Assembly (NCBI GenBank): GCA_002189035.1
Contig: CM007992.1
Coordinates: forward strand, 1 to 64,000
Reading direction: 5' to 3'
Source: Utricularia gibba
Lineage: Eukaryota; Plantae; Magnoliophyta
Length of the DNA: 64,000 nt
The translations under genes and the position numbers were made by a program. Positions 1-14,069 of the stretch are shown here, piece after piece; within the stretch, counting starts at the first letter, position 1, and each line of letters begins with the position of its first letter. The notes below the pieces were generated by a model, which did not search any database, had not been told where the DNA came from, and saw only the letters and a list, made by a program, of their open reading frames with translations.

Positions 1-1430
1 AAACCCTAAACCCTAAACCCTAAACCCTAAACCTAAACCCTAAACCCTAAACCCTAAACCCTAAACCCTAAACCCTAAACCTAAACCCTAAACCCTAAAC
101 CCTAAACCCTAAACCCTAAACCCTAAACCCTAAACCCTAAACCTAAACCCTAAACCCTAAACCCTAAACCCTAAAACCTAAACCCTAAACCCTAAACCCT
201 AAACCCTAAACCCTAAACCCTAAACCCTAAACCCTAAACCCTAAACCCTAAACCCTAAAACCCTAAACCCTAAACCCTAAACCCTAAACCCTAAACCCTA
301 AACCCTAAACCCTAAACCCTAAACCCTAAACCCTAAACCCTAACCCGAACCCTAAACCCTAAACCCTAAACCCTAAACCCTAAACCCTAACCCTAAACCC
401 TAAACCCTAAAACCCTAAACCCTAAACCCTAAACCCTAAACCCTAAACCCTAAACCCTAAACCCTAAACCCTAAACCCTAAACCCTAAACCTGAACCCTG
501 AACCCTGAACCCTAAACCCTAAACCCTAAACCCTAAACCCTAAACCCTAAACCCTAAACCCTAAAACCTAAACCCTAAACCCTAAACCCTAAACCCTAAA
601 CCCTAAACCTAAACCCTAAACCCTAAACCCTAAACCCTAAACCCTAAACCCTAAACCCTAAACCCTAAACCCTAAACCCTAAACCCTAAACCCTAAACCC
701 TAAACCCTAAACCCTAAACCCTAAACCCTAAACCCTAAACCCTAAACCCTAAACCCTAAACCCTAAACCCTAAACCCTAAACCCTAAACCCTAAACCCTA
801 AACCCTAAACCCTAAACCCCTAAACCCCCTAAACCCTAAACCCTAAACCCTAAACCTAAACCTAAACCTAAACCCTAAAAACCCTAAACCTAAAAACCTA
901 AACCCTAAACCCTAAACCCTAAACCCTAAACCTAAACCCTAAACCCTAAACCCTAAACCCTAAACCCTAAACCCTAAACCCTAAACCCTAAACCCTAAAC
1001 CCTAAACCCTAAACCCTAAACCCTAAACCCTAAACCCTAAACCCTAAACCCTAAACCCTAAACCTAAACCCTAAACCCTAAACCCTAAACCCTAAACCCT
1101 AACCCTAAACCCTGAACCCTAAACCCTAAACCCTAAACCCTAAACCCTAAACCCTAAACCCTGAACCCTAACCCTGAACCCTAACCCCTAAACCCTAAAC
1201 CCTAAACCTATGAACCCTGAACCCTAACCCTAAACCCTATGAACCCTAAACCCTAAAACCCTATGAACCCTAAACCCTAAAACCCTATGAACCCTAACCC
1301 CTGAACCCTAAACCCTAATCCCCTGAACCCTAAACCCTGAACCCTATGAACCATAAACCCTAAACCCTATACCCTAAAGCCTTCACTCGAATCCGGAAAC
1401 CTGAAGCCTAAAACCCGAAACCCTCAATCT
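1..1430 (+). repeat. Telomeric array (CCCTAAA)n, chromosome end; degenerate inner edge with CCCTGAA and CCCTATGAA variants
   Basis: Continuous CCCTAAA heptamers from base 1, C-rich on the + strand as expected for a left chromosome end. Variants increase from ~1080 to ~1430. Confidence 0.99.
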
Positions 1431-2730
1431 TAAATTCGTCATGCCTAAATTCGCCAAGCCTTGTTTTTGTCTCGGGCCTTGCGGTGGTGTACTCTGGTTT
1501 TTACCGTTTTCATGGTTCGGATCCAAGGTGGATGTTTGAGACTCGGATGTTCGGGTCTTCGTCACTGGCGCCAAGGAATTCTATCATCCATGGGAAATGT
1601 CGATTCTCATCCTTTGCACCGGGAGACGAAATATCTATACACAATGGAGTAGCGTGATCACTCTTTAGAATAATCTGATGATTTAGCAGCAGTGACTCCT
1701 ATTCGGGAGTAATCTCCCTTTTCGAAATGATATCCTCGAACTCGAGGTCGTTTAGAGTCAACCGACGGTTTCTTGACTTACGCGGCGTTTTCCGGATCGC
1801 AAAGAAAGTGTACTTCAAACTAGACACGAAAGCGAAATTTACCTTCCCCGTCACCGGAATCCCCTATCGATTTACTGAGAACGGTGGTTGGGGCGTCTTC
1901 CGTCGCTCAAGCAGGTAAATCAAAATCTGATTCAGCGAAATACCGACAGATTTAACAAGACAGATTATTAAAAGGTCACGTGGCAGCTATCCGACAGCAG
2001 AGTGCGGGCAGCGCGCGCCCGTGCCGTGCCGGTGTCCTGTCCATCTATATGCATGCACGCCAGCGACTCTCTAAATGGAATTCCACACCCATGGATGATC
2101 TAATCTTAACCATCGAGTGAACCCATTCTGTCACAGTCCGTGACCGTCCACAGAGCACTTGCCCATTGCTGCAGTCCCCCTGAACGCCAACCACTTTCGT
2201 CGCTTGTGATAGCTGTAAAAGGGGCCAGATTCACTAGCTGTAACTCATATCCACGTATCCGCCTTCCTCATGAATGGCACTGGTCGCTCGTGTTAGCCAC
2301 AACCCCCTTCCCTCCTGACTCTGGGACGCCACATCATTACAGAATGGGTAAGTTGCTGACATTTGGAACAGAGATGCGGTCAGTTGCTGCCGCCAACCTC
2401 AAATCTTTGTCTGAAACTCACGAAATTTCCACTCTCTCTACTAGGTTGCAGGGAGGACTGAAAAAGATCATTTAAATCCAGTAAAGGTCTGAACCTATTG
2501 AAGTTCATCTTTATTCCGGGCCTTGTATGCATCCCCTGCCGTTCCTTGTTGGGACCTGCCCTGATGTTACCACCTCTAGGTTTACGAATCTAATGTTCGT
2601 ATTTACTTATTTATCATGCTAAAGAATGCAACGAGGCACTAAGTGGAGACTAAGATTGTTTAAAGCCCATTTTTGTTGCCAGATCAAAAATCGACCAGGT
2701 TGAAACAGTGTTGACTCTTACCAGAAGTTG

Positions 2731-5700
2731 TTACTCCGCTTTCCTGTTTTTGGAAGTACTCGGCTCAGTCAGGGTCTTGATTACCTCCATCAAACCACGG
2801 AGACGATCCAGGATGTTTAATCCATAAAGCGCTTCCACAAGTGATTGCTGAAATTGGAATCCGGTCTCCGAAACGGGGTACTGTGGATCCAAACAAAATG
2901 TGTCACAATCCCTTCCAGATACAGCTTTGGAATTTTTAACACAAACATAATCTTGCCTGGATAGGTTTCGGAATTGTAGTTTTGATGAGTGGCCACCATC
3001 TATCTTCAACGACAGATTTAACAAGACAGCAAGCGCGCAGCCCTTCGACGCCAGCAAACCTACCGAAGCCACTGTCTTTTGCGCCACCAAATGGCAGAGA
3101 CTAAAATGAACGTTGAAGGAATCAGTAAAGCTCGATGGCATAGGCGCAGAGTATTATCAAGAGTCTCGCATTACCTGACACATATAGGTTGATGCAAAGT
3201 CATTGACTGCAGCGACTCCACAGTGTATTTGGGAAGCTATTCGTTTAGCTCGCTGCTGGTTGCCTGAGAAGACAGCACATCCAAGCCCATACCTCGAATC
3301 ATTTGCAAGTTCAACAGCCTCTTCGTCAGTGCTGAATTTCATTATTGGCAATATTGGTCCAAAAGCCTGCCCGGTAATAACATATGTAGTAGAAAGCGTT
3401 GAAGGGAAATACTGTGGTATAAGAGGGAGAGTATGGCCAAACCTCTTCTTGCATAAGCTTCATTGAATGATCGACATTCACAATTACCGTTGGAGGGAAA
3501 TACTGGTCAACAGCACCCTCACCAATATTACCAACACTCCCACGACCAGCAATCTCCGCACCTTTGTCAAGGGCATCGTTTACCAGATTCTGAAGCCTTT
3601 CAGAATGCTCTTGCATGCATATCGCACCCATGTCATATTTCCCAACAAGCGGGGGCCCTACAAAGGTCCCTTGGTTAGCCAAAAAGGGATTCTGATACCC
3701 AGCCGCCGCACTAGAATATGATCAATAATAAGGAACTTACAGCAGTGACTGATTTGACAATTTTGACTACTTCGGAAACAAAGGAAGAATAAACGCTTTT
3801 GTGGACATAAAACCTCTCAGCTCCAGCACAGTTCTGTCCACTTGATTGCAGGGCACCCCTTACAGCTATTTGAGCCACCTACAAATGTATGCCAGTTTTA
3901 CAGAATCCAACTATATTTAGGCATTAGAGAGGTTAATCGAAGGGACGCAATATTATTGTTACATGTGGAATATCAACATCTTCACAGACAATAAATGCAT
4001 CTTTTCCACCAAGCTCAAGGGTGACAGGTACCAGTGTGTCAGCAGCATTTCGCATTATCTGCAATATAATAGGATTCAATCAAAGCAATTACAAACAACT
4101 GGCATAAAGGAACGCATTTTGGCATCATAATTAACACGAAGTAGAGCTTGACGGAGATCCAAACCATTTTCCCCACACCCGGTGACCCCACAAAGATAAT
4201 TTTGTCAGCCGAAGAAACAAGAGCTGCTCCTGTCTCAGCAAATCTGCTTAGAATATTAAAATCAACCAACTAGTCAACAGAATATTCAGAGGGCAGAATA
4301 ATAAAGCGTACCCTGTTATTACTTCAACGAGATTTTCTGGAGCTCCTACTGCAGACAGGGCGGCTTGAATTATTCGCAAATAGAAGCATCCTGACCAACT
4401 TGCATGTTCCGAAACCTTCAGCACAGAAAGATCATATAACAAGGAGGTGATATGATATTAAACGAGACACAAAAAAAGTAAGAGAGAAATCAGGTGCCCT
4501 AGAAAACAAAGAATATGGGACTGAACTGCTCCAGACAGAGACCGTACCTTAATAACGATGCCATTCCCAGAGAAAACAGCAGCCAGCATTGGATTAAAAA
4601 TGTTGTGAAATGGATAGTTCCATGAGACAATCGCTCCAATAACACCGAGGGGATGAAATTCCACTTTGGCTATCTTGTGAAGCATTGATCTCCCACACGA
4701 TCTGCATATAGAGGACCAAAATTGAAGTAAATTCATTACTTCGGGAAGCAGCTGATCAGATATGCAACCAGACCCTCAGATAGCTCAACCAAGGATCATT
4801 TTCCAAAAAAATCATGGTATGAATAGAGAATGCCAAAAGACAGATTATGAGAACAACCCAGACAGAAATTGCTCAAATTGACGTGCTATTCTTTAACAAC
4901 CATCCGCCAAGTGAAGAAGCAGAAAGATGCTGAAGAACACCTGTATTCAGGCTTCAGCCACTTTTCGCCTTCTGAAAGAAGCCAAGTGATTTTTTCACAG
5001 GTTGTCATGATTTCCCCCAAAGAAGCATCAACCATTGTCTTTCCAGTATCACGAGAAGAGACCCTGGGGAAACGATTGAAGATGCTTTTGTAATCCAACG
5101 CACATGCAAACTAGCTCAGATAATAAGATCTGTTGATCTGGCATAAAAACAACAGTAAAGAAATTCCCACTCGCATATAAGTTCTTGATGTTCAATGATA
5201 TACTTCAAAAGTATCCTTAGGAATCGGCGCCTTTGCTTGAAGCTACTTTTAGCCCATTCACTTTGAGCCTTTCTCGACTGAGCTACACGCTCCTTAACCT
5301 GCCAAATTTTTTGTAGGCAAAGTGAAGGGGAAGAAGTTCTGTTTCATCAAAGGTTCTGAACATCATCATATGAACAGTAACATTACGAGCTTCGGGCATC
5401 AAGAGATAAACTAAACATACAGACCACCATCAAAAGACATTGCAACTCATGCAGGAAAATGCCAGCACTGTTAAGCAGAGAAATTCAAAAGGCACAACCA
5501 TCACTTGGATTGAAACTTTTCTGAACAATAAAAGTTGTTTGAACTAATTTCACAAGAAAATCACAGGTGCAAGCGACATAACCAATCAAGTTGCATGAAT
5601 TCAGTATAGAATATTTCAAATGTAAATGGATTTACCTCATCGGGTTTCAACGCAGGATAATAGCCCAGATATTTCATTGTTGCGGGCTCATAGCATTGAA

Positions 5701-6316
5701 CTCTATCCGTCTGTCTTCTGGAAGGTATCTGTGGAAAATCTCATCCAGGAAAATGCGGAAATTAAAGGAAAAAGGAAGACAGCAATCCTGAGTGATGAAT
5801 GTGAGTTCTTATTTGATTACACTACATAAGAACAAGTCAAACTCTCACATATATGAAACCGTTTTCCTTAGTCTGATTCCCGTCATCGAGTACTGCAAGT
5901 GAACACCAACACAGGCAGCGATACCGTTATGAGTAAATAGAAGCGAGATTCAAGAGGAATACAAAGACTAAAGAAGTATGAGCAACAGCCTCGAAAATTG
6001 AGACTCTGCGTGCTGAAAAACGTTCTCAGCTCGGAATAATTTTGAAAAATGAGATCCGCAAACAGCGTAGGAAGCCAAACTGATCTCCAAGGAAAAATAC
6101 AGGAGAAACAGATCCCCCATAATTCGAACTGAATCCCGCACGGAAATGTACGTTTGAAATCGAAATCTCAAGCACGTAAGTTTGGCGAGTGATGAAAATC
6201 GTACTGTCAGAGGCGTCGACGAAGATCGAGGGAACATTCGTCGGAATGAGCATCAGAAGGAGTTTGCAGATGGCGAAGGCCAACGCAATAACAAGAATCG
6301 TCCACCAGAGCGCCAT
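2731..6316 (-). CDS. ALDH22A1: Aldehyde dehydrogenase family 22 member A1 (multi-exon)
   Basis: Hydrophobic N-terminus [25 protein letters not shown]. Exons encode [73 protein letters not shown] and [15 protein letters not shown]. Stop TAA at 2731. One apparent 1-bp deletion in the G-run at 3651-3655. Confidence 0.93.
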
Positions 6317-6872
6317 TGAGTGCTTGCCGTCCCGATCCACTTGGATCCAAATGCTGCTAAGATTCAAAAACCCTAGACTTCAGAAACGTCTGCGCGGAAG
6401 AGATTTGTGCCAACGAGTTTAAGAATTGAAAAGCGGTAGCGTTCAGTTCAGTGCGATTGAGTCGTCGTCACCCTGGCACGCCAAGCGCGTGTTCGCACGC
6501 ACATATCTGAAGGCAAAACGCAGATCCTGCCTAGCTCTCTGTTTCTCAATCCTTGCTTATCACGTATTTTGTTTTGTTAAAAGTATTTTAATGGATAGGA
6601 TTGACGACTTTTTTCTGTTTTTTTAATCGGGAGTAGGTGGATGTCCGATGGTGATTGGGCCAGCGAGGCTTGAAGAAAGAACGAACGAACGAGCGGATGA
6701 GATCTTTCGCATCCAACGGCGGGAAACAAGCGGAGACTCGGATGTATTTATTGAAGCGCCCGTTTTAGTCGTCACATGCGGTCGTAGAAAAGGCGGTGAC
6801 GAGCCGAATTTTCTCCTTGGGAGAGAAACATTGCATTTGCATTTTTTCCGGATAGAAGAGGGCAGAGAAAGC

Positions 6873-7578
6873 ATGGGAGATTGCCGGAGGGTGGGGTGGC
6901 GTTGGATTTCTCGCCCTGCAGCAGGAAAGCTCTGAAATGGGCGGTGGATAACCTCGTCCGCGACGGCGATCATCTGATTCTTGTCACCGTCCGGCCACAG
7001 GGCTACTACGAATCCGGAGAGATTCAGCTATGGGAGACCACCGGATCTCGTAAGCAATCTTTCTTTAGTCCCACATGTTTGAATCATGAAGGATTAACAC
7101 GTAGTGATCTTGGAAACAGCTTTGATTCCTGTGAGCGAGCTCCTGGATCCCCACATCATGAAGAAGTACGAGGTGAATCCTGATCCCGAAACCCTGGATA
7201 TGATATCAACAGCAGCGAGGCAGAAACAGGTAAATAAATAGTGATATATAGGTGGACTTCATGATTCCGGATGGCCATGATGCATCGCTGTTGTGATGAA
7301 AGCAGATCACTGTGATCATGAAGATATTTTGGGGAGATCCACGGGAGAAGCTCTGCGAGTCAATAGACGCCATCCCTCTCGACTGCCTTGTCGTTGGGAA
7401 CCGAGGCCTTGGAAAAATCAAAAGGTTTCACCTTTGACTTCCTCTTTTTTATTTTTGGTTTGGAGAAGGTCTGTTTCAGAAGATGTTTTGCTGGTGTAGG
7501 GCACTCATGGGTAGCGTAAGCAATTTCGTGGTCAACAATGCCACATGCCCCGTGACGGTGGTGAAAAGCCATGACTGA
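6873..7578 (+). CDS. Universal stress protein (USP A-like), 4 exons
   Basis: MGDCRRV(G)VALDFSPCSRKALKWAVDNL ... KIFWGDPREKLCESID ... LVVGNRGLGKIKR/ALMGSVSNFVVNNATCPVTVVK. Needs one extra G at 6893-6896 to join the ATG to the domain. Confidence 0.9.
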
Positions 7579-7945
7579 TGCTGCCGGTTCTTCTGCTCTG
7601 CTTTCACTCTCGCATGTTATCCTTTCTTTCTGGTAGAATTCATTCAGTCGTGAGTTGGTTTGTCGTTCGTCCCTTCAACCAGTTGGGTTTGTGTTCACTT
7701 GTCAGCATCTGAATAAAACGAATTTCCCTTGAATAAAACTAATCCTTCGATTCCCAACTGGAACCGTCGGACCTGCATTCTACTGGATCTCAAGTCCGAT
7801 TCAACATTGATAGATTTTAAGGCAACATCTCGTTTGAATTGCCCTGCCATTCTTCTTCCCCTTAGACAAAGATTAATTGCATCATCAACAAACGTGGATG
7901 CCATTACAATATTATTCCAGGGAGCAGAAGCTAACAACATAAAAA

Positions 7946-8978
7946 CTAGAATATCCCAGTAAGAAGATTCGCAGCAGCTGAGAGTGCAGCTCCTGTTATG
8001 GCAGATTGCATCACATGTTCATGGGAGTTGTCCTCGGTCGTGAGTGCGACTGCAGCCCCTGTAATAGCCCCAGCCAATGCGCTATTTTTCTGTCACAATG
8101 AAAAGAAAACTCCATGTTTCCACCACAGATTGTGTGTACTACGGGGAGGGGGGATAACCACTTCCTTTACCCAGTCATGAACACCGCGAGCTTCTTTCAG
8201 ACCATAAGTTAAGCCTGAATACACTCCCGCTGCCATACCTGTGATGAAACATAAATGCAGTACAACAAATGATAAAAACCAAGACATAACAGCGAACCAT
8301 CTGGTCCATACCCCACTGTAGAGATTCCTTTCCGGTTCTCATAACCTGGTTGACCGCAAGTAATTTCAGTTCAGTAACCAAAAACTTATTTCATTCAAAA
8401 CGAGTGTAAAGCATTATCATATCATTACCAGAGCCTCAATCGACTTTCTGCTATCTTCGCCTGAAAGTTCAAAAGGATGAAGCATCACATGGAACTGTTT
8501 TCAAATTGTTATCTTCAAAATCTGGAAAGAAGAACAAGAACCCTGAGGTACCTCTAAGATCTGGGAAGCGATGATGCTTCTTATTGGCTCCTACCTCGGA
8601 ATCCACCTTCCCACCTGAAACATAAGGTCGAAAAATACCCATACAATGCAGCCATTCACCAAGTATATGGAAGATAAAATGACAAAAGCTCATAGTGGGA
8701 GTGACACTCACTTTCCAAAGCAGTAAAATAGGCTTCTCGAGTAACAGCTTGAGTAGCACCAATCTGGAAAACAGAGCGAATGCCAACGTTTGTGTGGGAA
8801 AAGTGCGGATTATTTCACATAATGAAATGAAGGAGACAAAAAAAGTTCACCCAGCAGCTCTGACGAAGCTGTCCGCCATGCGATTGAGGAGTGGATGGCC
8901 GAGATCGAAGTAAAAGCTCTTGTCAAAGCTACGAAGCTCATCCAGAAATGATCGCGTCTCCAGATTGCTCCCACTCAT
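7946..8978 (-). CDS. OEP16: Plastid outer envelope pore protein 16-2-like (Tim17/22/23 family)
   Basis: MSGSNLETRSFLDELRSFDK...FDLGHPLLNRMADSFVRAAG, GKESLQWG, AAGVYSGLTYGLKEARGVHDWKNSALAGAITGAA; GT-AG introns. Confidence 0.88.
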
Positions 8979-9091
8979 TCTTTTTCTTATTCTCTCTTTT
9001 CTCAGGAGTTGCGACTCCAAGTTTGGAAAATGGTGAACACACACCGTTGGACGGGAAATTTAGCGACAAAGGCCAATGATGAGGAAGGGTG

Positions 9092-9140
9092 GCGCGTGTC
9101 CTTTGGGGAACACGCGGCAGCATGTAACGAACTACGTGGC
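9092..9140. promoter_or_regulatory. ABRE/coupling-element cluster upstream of OEP16-2
   Basis: GCGCGTGTC (CE3-like), ACACGCGGC and TACGTGGC (ABRE) lie 110-160 bp upstream of the OEP16 ATG. OEP16-2 is known as an ABA/seed-expressed paralog. Confidence 0.5.
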
Positions 9141-9523
9141 GGTTTTCTCGAGTCACAGTTGCCTAATTTTAATAATTCAAAAAGGACCAAAATTGATAAT
9201 ATGTTGTAAATACTGAGTAAATATGGATTTTGTAAACTCGGGTGGCTAAAATTGAAAAGCCGAAAACCTTGGTGACCAAACATGTAATTTTCATTTTCTG
9301 CTATTGAGCCCATTGGGCCTACCCAATTAATTCCGCAGGCCTCAGTTCTCCTCAAACGCCTTTTTGACATAATGGCTACTTTTCTTTCGCGTTTCTGGTA
9401 CAAGCCACCGTACACCGCGTTTCGGACAAAAACCTCTGGATTGCTTTTGAGCATTACTGAAAATTGCGATTGTTCCTAGGAATTCGCCGGAGGCGAATCG
9501 GAAGACTGTGTTTGTCGGGAGAG

Positions 9524-12500
9524 ATGAGGCGACCGGCGAGTGCTTCACGCTCTTTTAATTTGATTGCCATGACGCGCAAGGTCGATGTTGATAATGGGAT
9601 TTCTCTCCGTTATTATTATCGCATAGCCGAGAATCTTCATCGGCAGGTGGGAACACTACTGCTTGTATTAAGCTTCATGTTTTCGCAGTGAATATTGGTC
9701 GAACGTTGTCTGATCACTTACCAGTCTTGATTTGTACGTCAAAAACTTGTCCGACTGTTGTAAACTGTGCTTTGCAGGCCAATATTTATAGAGAGGAGAG
9801 GAGTTTGATAGATTTGTATGTTATACTGATACGATATTCAAGGTAATGATTATGCCATCGGGATAACATGATCTCTTTTTTTTTTCTTACTTTCATCACA
9901 TTTTCTGTCGTTTGGTTATGCTCGGGTATCTTTTATCTATTTATTGGAAACAGTTTAGTGTCTGAAACTATTCCATACCATCGGGATTACCAGACTCAAA
10001 ATCTGAAGGAGAGAAACCTTCACAAGAAGGTTCGCTTTGGCCTGTTGGATACCACAGTTGCACAATCGCCTTAGTTCATGAATTTTACTGTCTTGTCTGA
10101 GTCAGTGTTATCTGGTTGCAGAAATTGCTTTCTGTAATTGATGAGCTTGAAACTTTAAAGCCGAAAGTACAGCATCAGATAGATCAACTGGAAAAGACTC
10201 CTCCTGCAAGTCTTGCGCATCAGCCCGATCACTCAAATATGATATCTTATGCTTCGTCTTTGAGTAGTCAGAATTCCTTAAGATACAAGAATCAGGTATG
10301 CGCATCTTTCTTTCTGAGGTTCAATGCTTCGTTTGTTTATTATTACAAATTGTAGCATTTGATGTATATGTATGTAGATGATAGAAATCTGTTCTGTGGA
10401 ATATGCAGATAGTGTAATAATAACTAACTGGTCATAATGTAAGTTTTGTTGGAAGTGTGGATATATGTAAATTCTTGCCACTGCCGGATCTGGACTCCTT
10501 AATTCCCAACTGAACGACACGTTTATATTCTCCTCTTGTCATATGTTATTGTTGAGTTCCAAATATTTACTATGTTTAATCGCTTCTTAATTATCCTGGT
10601 TTCAGACCGTGCAACCCAGTACACCAATTTCAACACCGCAGAGGCAAAATAATAACCAAAATAGATATTCCATATCCAGCATGATTGATTCAAAGTTTCA
10701 GAAGATGTGAGTTATGCAGATAATGTAGATGATAGATGTCTACTAGTTTTCTGATTCGAATTCGTATTTCCATCTTCATTTATCTACCATTAGATGTGTT
10801 ATCTTGCTTTTGTTATGCTGCTGCGTACAGACAATGCTTCTGGGGAGAGTTTTTGTCTCATAGTTTTTTCGAAACTTTGCTCACAGATCTTTAAGCCTGC
10901 CAGCCCCAAAGCTTGAAACATTGTCTAGACATTCTTTACTAGGATCAAGTGTCCCTCATGTTCAGAGGCAGACCCAAGCTGATATGAAGGTGACTCGAAT
11001 ATTTTGTTTTACTGTATTTATGAAATATTGTTTTTCAGCGACATATATAAGCTTGTTTTTTTCAGGTGAACTATCCCAGGAATCTTGTTATTGACACATG
11101 TGAACCTCTAAGGTTGGTTCTTTTCCTTTATTCCCATCTTTTCCCCGATGGTTTTGTGGATATGTTCGTTTGAGTTTCTAAATGCGTTTGCATTAGCATT
11201 TCATTTTGGGTTTTCTAACACAAACGTGTGTTAATTGATTGTGATATGTGAATATTGTCACTCTTTTTAAAGCCTGAATCAGGTTGCCCAAGGACCTCTA
11301 TTAATTCAGGATAGTGGTAATTCAAAGGTTCAAGATTCGGTCATGGAGTCTGTTTTGTCATTAGATGATGGCAGATGGCGCGCAGAGGAACTTCATATTC
11401 CACAAGGAAGGGAAGGGGAGAACAATGACTTCCAGCACGTAAGTATCAGACAACCTTCTCCACCTCCTGTTATGGCACGAGTGCAGCCAGAGTTTCACAT
11501 ACCACCAGCAAGGGTTGCTGACCCATGGCCGGGGCCACCAAAGCTTTCCCCGGATGGTCTCCCTGGCTCCCATACATACCAAGACCTTCATATTGTAAGT
11601 CTGTTGATGCTAGCCATGGAAATCAAATAAATCTTTTAATGTCATTTTGGACATGCTTGCATGATTAGTGTTTAGACCTGATATGTTTTTTTAGAAGAAA
11701 ATGCAGTTGCGTTCATAGATATGAGTTCAACTTTGATGCTTGGATTTCTTTAAAACGTAGAAATCTTGCAAAAATATATTGGCATACACAAATTATTTTG
11801 TTAAGCTTATATGTGCTATTGTTTATCTTCATGTTTTAGCCAGTGAAGATCATGGAAGATTTTTTGAGACTGGCCAGAAATAATACAGCAAAGAATCTGG
11901 AAACATGTGGCGTGCTTGCTGGTTCCCTTGTAAGTCTTCAATTTGCATAGGTCGGTTTTCATTTCACATGGCAAGGGTTCTATTTTTGTTTATCTAAACT
12001 ATCGTTTTGCATTATGTGTAGCGGAAAAGAGTATTTCATATAACAACACTTATAATTCCAAAGCAGGAATCAACTTCAGATTCGGTACTTGGGCCACCTT
12101 ATTGTTTGTTTCCTTGTACAGCTAGTCAGTGCATTATGGCTTTAGTTGTCTTTCAAGAGCTCTTGTGTTGAATTAGTTTTCCCGGGGTTCTTAATTAGTG
12201 TCAAACGCTGAATGAAGAAGAAATTTTTGAGGTTCAGGACGAGCGTTCCCTTTTCCCTCTTGGCTGGATTCATGTAAGTATTGCTTCAGTTGCTCACGTG
12301 AAATCTTAACTTGTGACTTGTATATTTCATGTTCTGGTGCTTTTCAAGTTTTTTATTTTCACGATGGAAGTTCCATATTGGTTGTTAAGTATTGCACACA
12401 CTAATGAAAGATTCCCAAATGCAGACGCATCCTACGCAGACCTGCTTCATGTCATCCGTAGATCTGCATACTCATTATTCATATCAGGTATCGTGTCATA

Positions 12501-12858
12501 CACGGCCGCAATCTTGACGCGTTTCGTAATTTAATAGCTGATCTTTTCGTAGGTGATGTTGCCCGAGGCAATCGCGATTGTCATGGCCCCGACTGATGCA
12601 TCCTGGTAGACACGATCTCATTTTCATCAATTCCATGGCAGCCTTTAACTTGCATCCTCGGTGTCTGTTTGCCTTCACTACAGCCCTCATGGCATCTTTC
12701 ATCTCTCTGATCCCGGTGGAGTTGCAGTCATTCGCAGCTGTCAGGAGCGCGGGTTTCACCCCCATGAAGAGCCTGACGACGGGAGCCCCATTTACGAGCA
12801 CTGCTCACATGTCTACATGAACCCCTCCGCGAAGTTTGACGTGGTAGACCTACGTTGA
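9524..12858 (+). CDS. AMSH3: AMSH-like JAMM/MPN+ deubiquitinase
   Basis: N-terminal [23 protein letters not shown]; [86 protein letters not shown]. Confidence 0.92.
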
Positions 12859-14069
12859 GCTGTTGGACACAAACCTCGGCATTTGAAAGAAGACGTATGG
12901 TGTGCATTATTGTTGGTCATTGGTTGCCGCTTTCCCGGCGTGCTGCTCCTCCTTCCTTGTAAGGGAAATAAACAAAAACGAGGAGATAGGCTTGGGCTTG
13001 GGTGCAGACAGAAGATTCCGTCGGTGTGTCCCAGCCCAGCACGAGTTAAGTATTGTCTTCAAGTGCGGGGAATAGAATCAGGATGCCAGCCACCCAGGGA
13101 TGAGGTTGGGCGTCGGGTGGTGAGCTGTGAATTAGAGGGCAGTGGTCCCTGCGTCCTTGGACAAATTTATTTTCACATCCCATCGTTTTCATTGTATTCC
13201 CTCCCCCTCTGCAGCCAATCCTAATCCCCTCCTCGCCCTCCCTGCTCAAGGGTTCCTAGGGAGTTTCAGTTGTGCTGGGGGACTTTGATGATCATCTTAT
13301 GGTACCGTATGTGTCGTGTGGTATGTACGTAGGTTCTTGTGGCAGATGCTCCACATGGCCTGCCTCTGATATCTGACTGTATACCCCTCGTCCCCAGTCC
13401 CAAAGGGCTCAGCTTTCCCACGGTTTCCATCAACCCAGCGGACTCGGACTCGGACTCGAACCTCGGAATGGGAATCGGACTCGGGGAAGCGTCCAGTATC
13501 TGAGTTCAGACTGAAGGCAAACACAATCAATTTTGTAGATTCTGTTGGGAAGCCATGTCCCTGTGTTAATAATAATGCCCCAGATGCGTCAACGGTCATG
13601 CCCTTAACATGAAGGAGCAAAATTGCACTAATGATTGCCTAAAACCACCCCTCCTAAAACAAAAGGTGTGTTGCGTTTTCAGATTCGATGGGGCTTTTCG
13701 TCTTTTCGCTATCCCGCCGTCTTAGGGTTTCGCCTACTTCCTTAAAATGCACCCCCGTTCACTTTCTCTGGATTTCTGCCCCTCGGTTTCCGAATCTTAC
13801 CCAAGTTCCCAGCCTTTCAACTGCTCAACCATCTGTTCCCTTCACTTTCAGTTGCTCGTTTTTGTTAATTTGTTCTGCGGCACAGTTCATTTTCCTGATC
13901 TGGGCTCTCGAGTTCACTCTCATTTATCCCCGGTTTATGCTCCATCATAGTACTACGTGCTTGGTCAGTAGTTTGGCTGTTGGTTGTGTTGGAAGTTGCA
14001 TTTTTAAGCTGGCCGTTAAGGCATTGTAGCAGAGGTTGCTTCAGATCTTCGGATCAGTCGCTCATAACG

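Noticed and set aside
1-1380. CRISPR-like or other prokaryotic repeat system
   Set aside because: The repeats are spacer-less telomeric heptamers, and the whole window is intron-containing plant nuclear DNA.
13285-13380. Possible C/D snoRNA (TGATGA...CTGA)
   Set aside because: Such boxes occur by chance. I saw no terminal stem or rRNA-complementary guide.
13297-13620. 107-aa minus-strand ORF with VRVRVR
   Set aside because: It starts at a non-ATG codon, the repeat comes from a (GGACTC)n microsatellite, and no family motif is present.
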